DNA from: Candidatus Babeliales bacterium
GTDB taxonomy: Bacteria > Babelota > Babeliae > Babelales > Vermiphilaceae
Assembly: GCA_963743635.1 (NCBI GenBank)
Contig: CAVUQO010000003.1
Coordinates: forward strand, 576,001 to 640,000
Length of the DNA stretch: 64,000 nucleotides
Direction of reading: 5' to 3'
Shown: positions 42,916-53,128 of the stretch, in pieces
Numbering within the stretch: the stretch's first letter is position 1
How the letters are laid out: each line of letters opens with the position of its first letter
Made by a program: the position numbers and the translations under genes
The notes under the pieces: generated by a model
The model's database searches: none
The model's input: the letters and a program-made list of their open reading frames with translations, nothing else
What the model was told of the DNA's origin: nothing

Positions 42916-44262
42916 TCAACTCACCACCACCGGCACCAAGGCACTTTCTCCACCGAGCGAGCTCACGGCACTCACAAAGAGGTTGTTGCCACTATCGCCA
43001 GCGGGTACGAATGCATTAAACGTGAGTGGTGATGTTGCAAGCACGTTCCCCACCAGCGTGGTGCCGTTATAAATATTGTATGACGTTACGTCAGGCGTTA
43101 CGCTCGCAGTCCAGGTGATGGTCAGCATGCGCGCCGTTTGCAACAGGAATACATTATTTTTGCGCACGCCAACAACATTCGTTGGTGCGGCAACTCCCGC
43201 CGAGGGGATCACTTGGCCAGTTACCGCTAGTGCATACGCACCTCCACTGACTGCGATCGGCGTTCCTGCTAATGGTGAGCCCACCGTAATTGGCGTAACG
43301 GTATTATTACTATTATTACCAGTTGCGACGTATACCGTTCTACCATCAAGAGAAATTGCAATATTTTCTAAATTCTTAGATATATTAGACACCCCCATAA
43401 TGGTACTGGTTACACTCGGCGTCAGCAAGGTAAGATCAATAACACTCACCGTTCCATCACCCAGATTGGTTACATACGCATAATGATTATCAGGGGTTAT
43501 GGCAATGCCATAAGGAGAAGTACCAACCGAAATAGGATAGCCCGCAGGCGCAGGCGAAAGATCAAACGGTTGTACTTCATTTTTGCCAGCGAAAACGACA
43601 TACGCAGTATCAGTAGCCGTATCAATCGCAACACCAAATGGAAATGAAGTATCAGGATTGGATTGATAGTATGTCTGATTCAATGTTAAAAGATCAACTT
43701 TGTAAAATCCGTATGCATACTGGCTCAGGGATATTTGAATAAGAAGCGTTATATAGGCAACATGATTACTAATGACCAAGCCGCCAATCTCCTCTTCTTG
43801 CCCCACCAATGGATTAGTAAGAACAGTAACAGATCCCAGAATAGGCGCTGATGGATCTGCGATATTCACTGGCACAAGAATTGCTGCATTTCCCAGATCT
43901 AATCCTGCTATATATGCGGTTGTTCCATCAATGGCTATAGCTTCGGGGATAAGGGGAATACCACTTAAATCCGTAGTACTCACAATGTTATTGGTGGCAA
44001 TATCAATTGCTAGTAACGTGTTATGATTATTATCAATCATGTATGCGGTTTTATTATCCGTTGATATCGCGACCCCGACAAGATTCGCACTATTGGGCAC
44101 TGCGAACGGCGAGCCGGCAATGGGAGCGCCCGTTGCTTGATCAATTACCGAGAATGATGAACTTGTGCCATTGGCCACATACACAAACGGTGCGGCATCG
44201 ACTGCTTGCCAAGAAATGAGTAGTGATATGCTGAGTACAATAAGAGATTTTTGTACGTTCAT
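42916..44262 (-). CDS. Secreted YVTN/YncE-type beta-propeller with an FN3-like C-terminus
   Basis: Signal peptide, FVYVAN, PYGIAITPDNHYAYVTN..DGTVSVID and ITWTAS...SYNIY. Confidence 0.85.
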   Translation of the reverse strand: MNVQKSLIVLSISLLISWQAVDAAPFVYVANGTSSSFSVIDQATGAPIAGSPFAVPNSANLVGVAISTDNKTAYMIDNNHNTLLAIDIATNNIVSTTDLSGIPLIPEAIAIDGTTAYIAGLDLGNAAILVPVNIADPSAPILGSVTVLTNPLVGQEEEIGGLVISNHVAYITLLIQISLSQYAYGFYKVDLLTLNQTYYQSNPDTSFPFGVAIDTATDTAYVVFAGKNEVQPFDLSPAPAGYPISVGTSPYGIAITPDNHYAYVTNLGDGTVSVIDLTLLTPSVTSTIMGVSNISKNLENIAISLDGRTVYVATGNNSNNTVTPITVGSPLAGTPIAVSGGAYALAVTGQVIPSAGVAAPTNVVGVRKNNVFLLQTARMLTITWTASVTPDVTSYNIYNGTTLVGNVLATSPLTFNAFVPAGDSGNNLFVSAVSSLGGESALVPVVVS

Positions 44263-44394
44263 TTTTTTCCTTTTTTTGTTAGGGGTTATCTTCAAAATAT
44301 ATTTACCATTAAACGTACTGAGAATATACAATATTCGTTCCTCGTGCCGGATTCAATTATTACTAACCATTGCTTAGATGCGATCGCCCTCATT

Positions 44395-44551
44395 CCCCGT
44401 TAGCCCTAGTCCTGAGCTTATCGAAGGGTCGAATCGGTACAGAGTAAGATGATTTACACTATCTAAACCATGCAACGTTTATGTATCCCCGTACCCATTC
44501 GAGACATTTTTCATTTCGCTTTGCTTATGAAAAACCCTCAGGGCGAACGGG
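44395..44551. repeat. Repeat family B inverted pair
   Basis: 44493-44551 is nearly identical to 24201-24257; a degenerate inverted copy lies at 44395-44438. Confidence 0.85.
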
Positions 44552-44618
44552 TTAAAGTAACTTTTTATTATTTTAAATTATAATTGCTGCAGCGCTTGTT
44601 TAACAAATTACGATGTTC

Positions 44619-44662
44619 AAAGAAAATGCACCGTAGATTCAATACCTACGGTGCATTTTCTT
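44619..44662 (-). terminator. Terminator of regulator 2
   Basis: AAGAAAATGCACCGTAG...CTACGGTGCATTTTCTT. Confidence 0.85.
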
Positions 44663-44715
44663 TATAGCTTTAGCGTACCAGAAATACAAGCTATATATTA
44701 TTTGTATGGCCTCGA

Positions 44716-47435
44716 TTATTCCAAATTATATTCTTTGCAGCGGCGATTCACCGATGAGCGATTAACGCCCAGGAATGTTGCAATCTTACTTTGATTTTCA
44801 AATTTGCGCCAGAGCATGGTGAATATTTTGCGATCTTTGAGCGCCTGTTTGCCAAGGCGCGAAGCTTCAATAAGATCAGGATCGGAAACTTCATACGCAG
44901 GATCAAATTCAGTTTCATTATAAATATTGTTCTTCTTGGATTTTGCAACGAGTAAGTGCTGTACCTTATTTTTCAGTTCATGCAAACTGGTCGGACGGCT
45001 ATGGATGAGTTTAATTTTTCACGATCGGTGAATTCAAGGAAATTCTTCAAATCGTCCGTTTTGATTGCTTGTTCGGTCAATCCATCAGCCAAGCTGGGCA
45101 ATTCATTTTCAGGCAAGGTAACGAGCGATGGCATTGCTAGAGAGGTGCGAGATAACTCATTAAAGAGGGTCGCAGAGAACTTTTGTTCACGCACGAGCGT
45201 TTGTAAATCTTGATTGGTTGAGCAGATAATGCGTACCGTAGTTGGAATGCGTTGCTCGCTTTTCACGCGGCGATAGAAGCCATACCGAATCAATTCAGCC
45301 AAATATTCTTGGCTTTCAGAATCAAGGAAATGAATGTTCTGAATAAAGAGGGTAGCCATTATCGGCGAGTGTTCCAAGATAGGTTTTTGTTCTTGCGGAT
45401 GGCCAAAAAGAGTGGATTGATGCCAAAGAGTTTGATCGCAATTTCGCATCGTAGTGCAAGGGCCGCTCAATTTGAGCATGTGCAAGCGTATCGCGCAGAC
45501 TGATATGGTGAATGATTTCAACGGTTGGCATCAAGATCTTCATCATTCATTTCAAGCAAAATAGCTTTTTTACTGAGCGCGGTTTTTAGAAGTTCGATTT
45601 TAAAGTTTAAAAGCGTTTCACCAGTCCCAGGAATAAGCTGATTAATAAGTTGTCCTGATTTGGTAGTCTCAAGATAGAGCAAATAATCCCATTGCGTTGG
45701 ATCTTTTAAATGATCGATCTGTTTTTTCAAAATGTCTGAAATTTCAGGATGGTATACGGTGATGATGATATTATTTTGTTCGAGATTGGGTACGCCTGAA
45801 AATACGATCTTATTGCCCGCTACGTCATAGGTAATACAACTTTGGGGCGATTTATACTCTTCAACCTGGCGCGCAATATGGCGGGCAGCTTTGGTCAGTG
45901 CATGGCCTTCTTGGGTATTGATGTTAATTTTAATGAGATCTTTTGCGGCCTTATTGCCAAAAATGAACCGGCGATTTTTATAAAAGAGAATACCGATCTC
46001 TTTTTGTGGTGAATTGCGCAGGAATGAACGAATACTTTCTTTATACTGATTCACTTCTTGATGCTTGCGATACAGCTCTTCTTTGAGCTCTTTTTCGTGA
46101 TGCATGAGTGATTCAAGGTTGCGATGCTGCATAAGGTTGATGATGTTCGCCAGATAGCTGCCAAATACAAGCATTTCGTCGCGCTCAACGTTACTATAAA
46201 ACTGTTCAGGCCGCGCGCCACGATCGACGACTAAGTAACCAACCAAACGTTGTTTTTGATAAATAGGAAGGAAGATATCAGCATTAATTGTTTCAAGAAA
46301 TTGCAGCATCAGGTTACTGATATCGCTTTTTTCATAGAAGTTACTAAAAGCAATCTCATCATGAATGAGAATTCCTTCATTTTTAAGTACTGTTTCAAAG
46401 CGTTGACTATGGGTGCTCGATAAAGTTTTCCACCAATGTTGCAGTAGTATTCACGTAAAACGGATGCCCTTCATTCATTTCAGATTTTTCAATATGCCGT
46501 ACGAATAGCATCGTTTTATTGAGGGGCACATTAAACGCCTCTTTAAAATAGGTCTGTGTAATATGGCGCAAGCTTTGTTCATTCGTCGCATGACTCAATG
46601 ATTCAAGCACCTGCTTAAAGCCGTCGACAAAATGAAACTGACGCGGAATTTCTACATGCCGCTTTAAATTCAAGAACCTGAGGGACATCATACGCCGCGA
46701 ACAGTAATAGATGGCATAGGTCAGAATGATGGTTGATATACTAACCGCTGCATAACTATTGGTAATCCAGGTAGGATGAAAAACGAGCGGATATACTTGA
46801 ATTAGATCGGTGATCCAAAAAGGGATAATAAATACTTGGGTAATAATGCGTGCTTGTGTTGAAAGAATGCGTGGTGAATTATTAGAACGCAGTTTGCGAA
46901 ATACCAGAAAAAGACTGAAGGGAATAAGAAAAATAGAGAGAAAAAATGATTGATATTTACGCACTTCAAATTCTATTGGTGGCCGTGCGGCTGAATTGAG
47001 ACAATTAATATCGTAAAAAGCAAGACCAACTACAAACATGAAGAAACAACTACTCAATAAAATAGAGAGTTTTTGGCGAATGTTAAATTCGTTTTTTTGT
47101 TCAGTTAAATTCTCTATAAAGATCGATAGGGATTGATAGAGAATTCCTGTAAAAGCCCATGCTAAACGAATGATGAACAGCTTTGCGGAATATGGTATTG
47201 CAGGAAATATGAGCTGCCGTGTCAATTCAATTATCCACGCAAAATCACTGATTGCAGCGCTGCCTAGGATAATTAACAATAAGTACCATGGCTTTTTATT
47301 AGTAGGCGAAATATTTTTTTGTAGCACCAGCGTGGCAAAGATGCCAATTTTTAATAAAAATGAGCATGAGGTAATAGCCAGTAATAAATACTGATTACCG
47401 ATGGTGCATTCGAGAAAATCGAGAAAATGTGTCAT
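44716..47435 (-). CDS. Membrane-bound one-component regulator 2, paralog of 39718-42462 (several frameshifts)
   Basis: The ORF pieces align in order with regulator 1 ([51 protein letters not shown]); could also be a true pseudogene. Confidence 0.85.
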
Positions 47436-47440
47436 CTTTA

Positions 47441-47469
47441 TTGATCTTATAAAAGGTTGTCGTTATAAT
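47441..47469 (+). promoter_or_regulatory. sigma70-type promoter for peptide gene 2
   Basis: TTGATC (47441-46), 17-bp spacer, TATAAT (47464-69). Confidence 0.75.
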
Positions 47470-47523
47470 ATAGTTCATACTGTAAATTAATTTAGTTTTA
47501 AAACCCCCACACAGGAGAACTGT

Positions 47524-47628
47524 ATGTCTAAGTTAATCACATTGATTAGCAAGATAAGCAGAGCACATGTTGCTTTAGTTTTATCGGTTGTTGCCTATTT
47601 GCTAGGTGATTATCCACCAGGCGATTAA
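47524..47628 (+). CDS. 34-aa peptide precursor MSKLITLISKISRAHVALVLSVVAYLLGDYPPGD
   Basis: AGGAG RBS 6 nt upstream, hydrophobic core, DYPPGD tail; syntenic with peptide 1. Confidence 0.75.
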   Translation: MSKLITLISKISRAHVALVLSVVAYLLGDYPPGD

Positions 47629-47710
47629 TCTAACCTCAATCTACCATAAAAAGCGGCGTTTGTCTTATAACAATGCCGAATAAGAGAGTTTTTATGATGA
47701 AGAATTCTAT

Positions 47711-48388
47711 GTGAAACAGTCGATAGCTCAAAAGCGTCAGAAAGCTGTTGCCATTGTAACAATGTTACGAAAAGCGACGGCGAATATGGAAAAACCGGCT
47801 GTTTCACATGTGGTCCAGGCCTATGGACGCGATCCATACCTCATCCTTATCAGCTGTTTGCTGAGTCTTCGGGCCAAAGATACGGTATCCCTACCGATAG
47901 CCCTCAAGCTGTTCAAGTTGGCAAAAACGCCCCAAGAAATCGTTAAAATCCCCCGTCACGAGCTTGAAAAGCTATTTTTCTCCATTGGCTATTATCGCCA
48001 AAAGGCCAAAGCGGTCCATGAAGTGAGTCAAGAACTCATTGAGCGATTCGATGGCAAAGTTCCCAAAACACAAAAAGAATTACTCTCTCTGAAGGGAGTC
48101 GGCATCAAAACGGCCAATCTTGTTTTGGGTGAGGCATTTGGTATTCCTGCCATTTGCGTGGATATCCATGTCCATCGCATCTCAAATCGCCTCGGGTTAG
48201 TGGAAACTAAGACTGCCGAGGAAACCGAGGTAGCGCTCCAAGAGATCCTACCCAAAGAATATTGGATTGAATTTAATTATCTTTTGGTGACCTGGGGGCA
48301 GAATATCTGCGTTCCCGTTTCCCCGTTTTGCTCACGCTGCGTGCTGAGCGATATTTGTCCGAAAAAGGGCGTCATCCGGCGGCGTTAA
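47711..48388 (+). CDS. nth: Endonuclease III
   Basis: HhH motif LKGVGIKTA, VDIHVHRISNR and C-x6-C-x2-C-x5-C. Confidence 0.96.
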   Translation: MKQSIAQKRQKAVAIVTMLRKATANMEKPAVSHVVQAYGRDPYLILISCLLSLRAKDTVSLPIALKLFKLAKTPQEIVKIPRHELEKLFFSIGYYRQKAKAVHEVSQELIERFDGKVPKTQKELLSLKGVGIKTANLVLGEAFGIPAICVDIHVHRISNRLGLVETKTAEETEVALQEILPKEYWIEFNYLLVTWGQNICVPVSPFCSRCVLSDICPKKGVIRRR

Positions 48389-48930
48389 CTTGGTTTAACG
48401 ATCGCTTTTAAATATTTTTGTATACACTCCACTAAATGCTCACGACTATGGGTCTGCGTGATTGTTGATGCACGTTGCAGTGTCATGGTGTAGTTGAAGG
48501 CGATATCGTCTTCCGTATTCGTTGTGTGGACTGATATTGCTTGGAGCCCGCGCAAAGTATGCCATCCGAGGCATAGATCGCCGAGCCCTTGAGCAAGTAA
48601 TCGTGCGTGTCTATTTGCATCTGAGGGAAATGTATTCTCAATCGTTGTGTCTGAAGGTTCCATAGGATAGCCGGTATTTTTGAGTGCGAGGATCGCTGCA
48701 TGCGCAATGATTGTATGGTCAGTAGTTGATGGTAATGCATATTGGGTTTGTCTACCGCCACGTGCGACCGCCACAAAATGTTGTGCGAGTGCATTGGTTT
48801 GCGGATTGTGTCCGTGCTCAGTGAGTCTTGTTTCTATTTCGTTAAATGTGGGTGTTGATGTTCCGGGCATAGCGAGTACGCGCGATGCGTATAGTAATAG
48901 TACCGATAGCGTACGAAAGTGGTAATTCAT
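48385..48930 (-). CDS. Hypothetical secreted protein
   Basis: AGGGGG RBS; signal peptide ending VLA-M. Confidence 0.7.
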   Translation of the reverse strand: MNYHFRTLSVLLLYASRVLAMPGTSTPTFNEIETRLTEHGHNPQTNALAQHFVAVARGGRQTQYALPSTTDHTIIAHAAILALKNTGYPMEPSDTTIENTFPSDANRHARLLAQGLGDLCLGWHTLRGLQAISVHTTNTEDDIAFNYTMTLQRASTITQTHSREHLVECIQKYLKAIVKPS

Positions 48931-49076
48931 CAGTGTCCCCCCTGATATGAAATATACATATAGGATCAACGTACATGATTGCTGAGAGCGGTGTAAAGGG
49001 TAGAAGCAATTCGGTGGGTTTTAAACCCGTTGTGTTGCGCAGAACTTAATGCGGAATCCCTGAGTTGCACAGATTT

Positions 49077-49583
49077 TTAATTCTGCACATTTTCGTAAAT
49101 GGTAATAAAAATTTCATCGTGAGTCACTTTAACATCGGCGTTCCATTTTTTTGGTTGTTCCGCACTCGTAACGCCATCACCCAATACGGGTGCAGATGTG
49201 GGTGGAGATGCGCTCTGTTGCGATGTCTGAAGAAGTAATTCGCGATATCGTTGATATGCGCTGAGAAGTTCATTGGTCCGATTCGCAGTCTGACCTGTCG
49301 GAACAATAAGATATAGTTCTGCGGCTACGCTGAGTTTGTCCTCCTCGCGGCAGAGTCTATCGAACAATCTGAGATAGGGATTATTGAGAGTTAGGCTGAG
49401 CGATTCGGGTAATCTTGGGTAATTACAGTCCTCGAAGTGATGCAAAATACGAGATACGCTTTCATCATAGTTCGGCACGTCTTGATTTACACTGGTGTTT
49501 TGCGTGGTCATGGATTGGTTATTCATGGCATGCGTTACCTGCATACTGACGCTCAATAGCAGTGCGAATAAGATTATGTGCAT
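49077..49583 (-). CDS. Hypothetical secreted protein
   Basis: AGGA RBS; signal peptide ending THA-M. Confidence 0.7.
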   Translation of the reverse strand: MHIILFALLLSVSMQVTHAMNNQSMTTQNTSVNQDVPNYDESVSRILHHFEDCNYPRLPESLSLTLNNPYLRLFDRLCREEDKLSVAAELYLIVPTGQTANRTNELLSAYQRYRELLLQTSQQSASPPTSAPVLGDGVTSAEQPKKWNADVKVTHDEIFITIYENVQN

Positions 49584-49605
49584 AGTATCCTATACATCAA
49601 AAATG

Positions 49606-51315
49606 TTAGAACGTATTCAATTCCTGTGCGCGAGCAATGATGTCCGCAATTGTTAAGCCAAATTCTTGTTTTCCATCACGGTGACGTAAGGTCACGGTAT
49701 TTTTTTCGACTTCCTTATTACCAAGTACAAGCATCCATGGAATTTTATCAAGCTGTGCAGTTTTAATTTTCCCTGAGATTGGATCCGAGGTTTCATCCAT
49801 TTCTGCGCGAATCGATGCATCATTGAGTTGCTGCATAATGCTATCCGCATAGGGACGCTGTTCATCAGTGATTGTCATGACTCTGACTTGCACCGGCGAA
49901 AGCCAGAAGGGGAAGTTGCCTTTATAGTGTTCAGTCATAATGCCTAAGAAACGTTCAAAGGTGCCATATACTGCGCGATGGATGACCACTGGATGTTCTT
50001 TTTGGCCATTTGAGTTCACGTAAGTCAGATCAAAATTTTGAGGCAAGAAGAAATCAAGTTGTACCGTGCTGCATTGCCATGTTCTGCCCATTGCATCTTC
50101 GATATGAAATTCGATCTTTGGTCCGTAGAATGCGCCTTCACCTTCTTGAATGAGGTAGCTGACACCAGCAGCTTCGAGCGCATCTTTTAATGCTTGCTCA
50201 GCTTTATGCCAGAATTCATCATTGCCTAATGACTTTTCAGGGCGCGTTGAGAGTCTGATGCTAATTTTCTCAAAGCCGAATTTATGCATTACTTCGTGCA
50301 CCATATTAATGGTGGTCAGCACTTCCTGTTTGATTTGATCGATCGTGCAATAAATGTGTCCATCATCTTGGGTAAATGCACGTACGCGAAAGAGGCCATG
50401 TAAGGCGCCTGAAATTTCATACCGATGGTCGAGAGCAAATTCTGAAAGGCGCAGAGGAAGTTCGCGATATGAGCGCGGGCGTTCGCGATAGAGTAATGCC
50501 GATCCCGGGCAGTTCATCGGACGAATCGCATAGGTTTCTTCATCCTTATGGCAGAAGAACATATTTTCTTTATAGTGCGCATAATGGCCCGATTGTTTCC
50601 AGAGTTCTTCGCTTAACATAACGGGCGTTGAGATCTCTTTGTATCCCGCTTTTCCAATGATTTTGCGCATATAGGCGGCCATCACATTGAGAATTACTTT
50701 TCCTTTTGGGTGAAAGAATGGAAAGCCGATTCCTTCATCATGAAATGAGAAAAGATCCATTTGTTTGCCGATTTTGCGATGATCATATTTGAGTGCTTCT
50801 TCGCGAAGTGCGAGATAATCATTGAGTTCTTTCTCAGTGAAGAATACGACGCCGCTAATACGCTGCAAGGCTTGATCATTGCGATCGGCACGCCAGTAGG
50901 AGCCGGAAATGCCAAGTAGTTTAAAATGTTTCAGTTGGCCAGTTGTTGCAACGTGACCACCTTTGCATAAATCATGAAAGTTGCCTTGGGTTGCTAGACC
51001 AGTAGTTTCGCCCGGAATGCTATCAATCAGTTCAAGTTTAAAACGATTGCCTTTATAGAGTTCTCGTGCTTTTTCTTTGGAAATTTGTGCGTGTTCAATG
51101 GGAAGATTGCGATTGGCGATTTCAAGCATGCGAGCTTCAATTGCGGGAAGATCACTTTCTTTTAAATTGGTAGGTGGTAAGAAATCATAGAAGAACCCTT
51201 CCTTGGTGGCAGGACCAATCGTGAGTATCGTCGTGGGAAAAAGCTCTATTAATGCATGTGCAAGCAGGTGAGCTGCTGAGTGACGTAACTGATTGATGTC
51301 CTGTTCTGCCATCAT
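49606..51315 (-). CDS. thrS: Threonyl-tRNA synthetase (short form without TGS domain)
   Basis: RHSAAHLLA, DHRKIG, PMNCP, FTQDDGH and GAFYGPK. Confidence 0.98.
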   Translation of the reverse strand: MMAEQDINQLRHSAAHLLAHALIELFPTTILTIGPATKEGFFYDFLPPTNLKESDLPAIEARMLEIANRNLPIEHAQISKEKARELYKGNRFKLELIDSIPGETTGLATQGNFHDLCKGGHVATTGQLKHFKLLGISGSYWRADRNDQALQRISGVVFFTEKELNDYLALREEALKYDHRKIGKQMDLFSFHDEGIGFPFFHPKGKVILNVMAAYMRKIIGKAGYKEISTPVMLSEELWKQSGHYAHYKENMFFCHKDEETYAIRPMNCPGSALLYRERPRSYRELPLRLSEFALDHRYEISGALHGLFRVRAFTQDDGHIYCTIDQIKQEVLTTINMVHEVMHKFGFEKISIRLSTRPEKSLGNDEFWHKAEQALKDALEAAGVSYLIQEGEGAFYGPKIEFHIEDAMGRTWQCSTVQLDFFLPQNFDLTYVNSNGQKEHPVVIHRAVYGTFERFLGIMTEHYKGNFPFWLSPVQVRVMTITDEQRPYADSIMQQLNDASIRAEMDETSDPISGKIKTAQLDKIPWMLVLGNKEVEKNTVTLRHRDGKQEFGLTIADIIARAQELNTF

Positions 51316-51356
51316 GATTCCTTTAGGTTAGGATTTTCGAAATTATTTTAATATAC

Positions 51357-51503
51357 CCAGGCTTGCGTTTACGCTTTCAGCTACGGTCGCACAGGCCTTT
51401 AGTCCTGAGCACTGCGGAGCTTAGCGAAGGGTCCGTCGGGTTAGTTTATTCTCTTTCGTTTATACCTAAAGTCGAAGAGATTCTCGAACGAGAATAAACT
51501 AAA
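51357..51503. repeat. Composite family A and B repeat plus a long hairpin upstream of thrS
   Basis: CCCAGGCTT...CGTCGGG enclosing TAGTCCTGAGC..CGAAGGGT, then TTAGTTTATTCTC...GAGAATAAACTAA. Confidence 0.65.
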
Positions 51504-51622
51504 AAACAGTATACCAGCGGGATTATAAAAATACAGATATCGAGTTCTTTGCTTTAATGAGATTCGATATGTTAGGCTGCCGATGTGGTTGTATTGAAGC
51601 ACCTTTTAACACGGTGGATCCT

Positions 51623-53044
51623 ATGGCAGAAAAGATATATTTGTTGGATACCAACGTTCTAATTCACGATCCGGAGGCGATCTTTAAATTTTCCGGTTCG
51701 GTAGTGGGCATCCCTTCGATGGTGCTTGAGGAACTGGACACATTCAAGCGGGAAGGAACTGATCGCGCACGAAGCGCTCGGGAGGCGATTCGCCATCTTG
51801 ATGCTTTACGGAATCGAGGCTCCTTAAAAGATGGAGTCGAATTAGACAACGGCAGCACAGTCAAAGTGATGTTTTTAAAAGAGGGCAACCGTCAAACGTT
51901 GCCCTTTAAAATGCCTATAGAGGATAATCACATTTTGCTGTTAGCCTGCACGCTGAAGGATGAGTATGATGTCAGATTCATTACCAAAGATTTTAATGCG
52001 CGGGTGAAGGCGGATGCGCTTGGTCTTGCAGCAGAGGATTATTTAAAAGGTCGTATTACTAAAGATGAATTTTACCATGGATGGAGACGCATCCAAGTGC
52101 CGGCAGTATCATTAAAAAAGGGTATACCGCCAGAACTTGAAACCTATGGTCTCGAGCAACCATTCGAAGTGAATGAGTTTGTGTTGGTGGAGAGTCAACA
52201 CAATCCGCACAATTTCGGTGTGTTTCGTCATATTGGGCACAACAAATTCAAACATGTTGAAGAGCCGCAATTACGCTGGCCGCTTAAATCACGTAATCCG
52301 CAACAATTAATGGCGCTCGATTTGCTGCTCGATGATTCGATTCAGTTGGTCAGTTTATTCGGGCCAGCCGGAACGGGTAAAACATTCCTCGCGCTTTTAG
52401 CGGGAACCCATAAAGTATTGGTTGAAGATCAATATGAAAAAGTGCTTGTTGCAAGGCCAGTGGTTCCGCTTGGAAGAGATATCGGGTACATTCCAGGGGA
52501 TGTGCATGAGAAACTCTATAACTGGATGTTACCGGTTTACGATAACATGGATTTCATTTTTCATGCGAATGCCATGCAAGAGCACGTTGATGAGGTGAGT
52601 GGTGGTGAAGCCGAATATGAAAAACAACGTAAGGGCAAACATAATGGGAAGCATCAACACGGCAAACATCAACATCGAAAAAAAGATCGCGGGGAAAAGG
52701 GAGGTTTGCAATCACTCGATGATCTTATTCATCGTGGGAAGGTAAGTCTTGAAGCAATCACCTACATGCGTGGGCGTTCAATACCGTATCAATACATTTT
52801 CATAGACGAGGTCCAAAATTTGACGCTGCACGAAGTTAAGACGTTGGTCAGTCGTGTGGGTGAGGGCAGTAAGATTGTGCTCGCAGGGGACCCGTATCAG
52901 ATCGATGCGCCCTATCTTGATTTTGCGTCGAACGGTCTCGTGGTAGCTGCCGAGAAGATGAAAGGTCAGAAGGTTTTCGGATCAGTGTATCTTGAAACGA
53001 GCGAACGTAGCGTGTTGAGTCAATTAACAAGTGATTTACTGTAA
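51623..53044 (+). CDS. PhoH-family protein with an N-terminal PIN domain
   Basis: LLDTNVLIHD, GPAGTGKT, YMRGRS, DEVQN and GDPYQID. Confidence 0.93.
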   Translation: MAEKIYLLDTNVLIHDPEAIFKFSGSVVGIPSMVLEELDTFKREGTDRARSAREAIRHLDALRNRGSLKDGVELDNGSTVKVMFLKEGNRQTLPFKMPIEDNHILLLACTLKDEYDVRFITKDFNARVKADALGLAAEDYLKGRITKDEFYHGWRRIQVPAVSLKKGIPPELETYGLEQPFEVNEFVLVESQHNPHNFGVFRHIGHNKFKHVEEPQLRWPLKSRNPQQLMALDLLLDDSIQLVSLFGPAGTGKTFLALLAGTHKVLVEDQYEKVLVARPVVPLGRDIGYIPGDVHEKLYNWMLPVYDNMDFIFHANAMQEHVDEVSGGEAEYEKQRKGKHNGKHQHGKHQHRKKDRGEKGGLQSLDDLIHRGKVSLEAITYMRGRSIPYQYIFIDEVQNLTLHEVKTLVSRVGEGSKIVLAGDPYQIDAPYLDFASNGLVVAAEKMKGQKVFGSVYLETSERSVLSQLTSDLL

Positions 53045-53064
53045 CGTAATAGTTTAAGTATTAA

Positions 53065-53101
53065 AAAACGGGAGCGGATATTTTAGTATCCACTCCCGTT
53101 T
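53065..53101. terminator. Bidirectional terminator
   Basis: AAACGGGAGCGGATA...TATCCACTCCCGTTT. Confidence 0.8.
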
Positions 53102-53128
53102 GCTTTTAACTGTGTGATTAATATCGTT

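Noticed and set aside
51320..51510. T-box riboswitch upstream of thrS
   Set aside because: No T-box consensus was found; the structure is explained by repeat families A and B.
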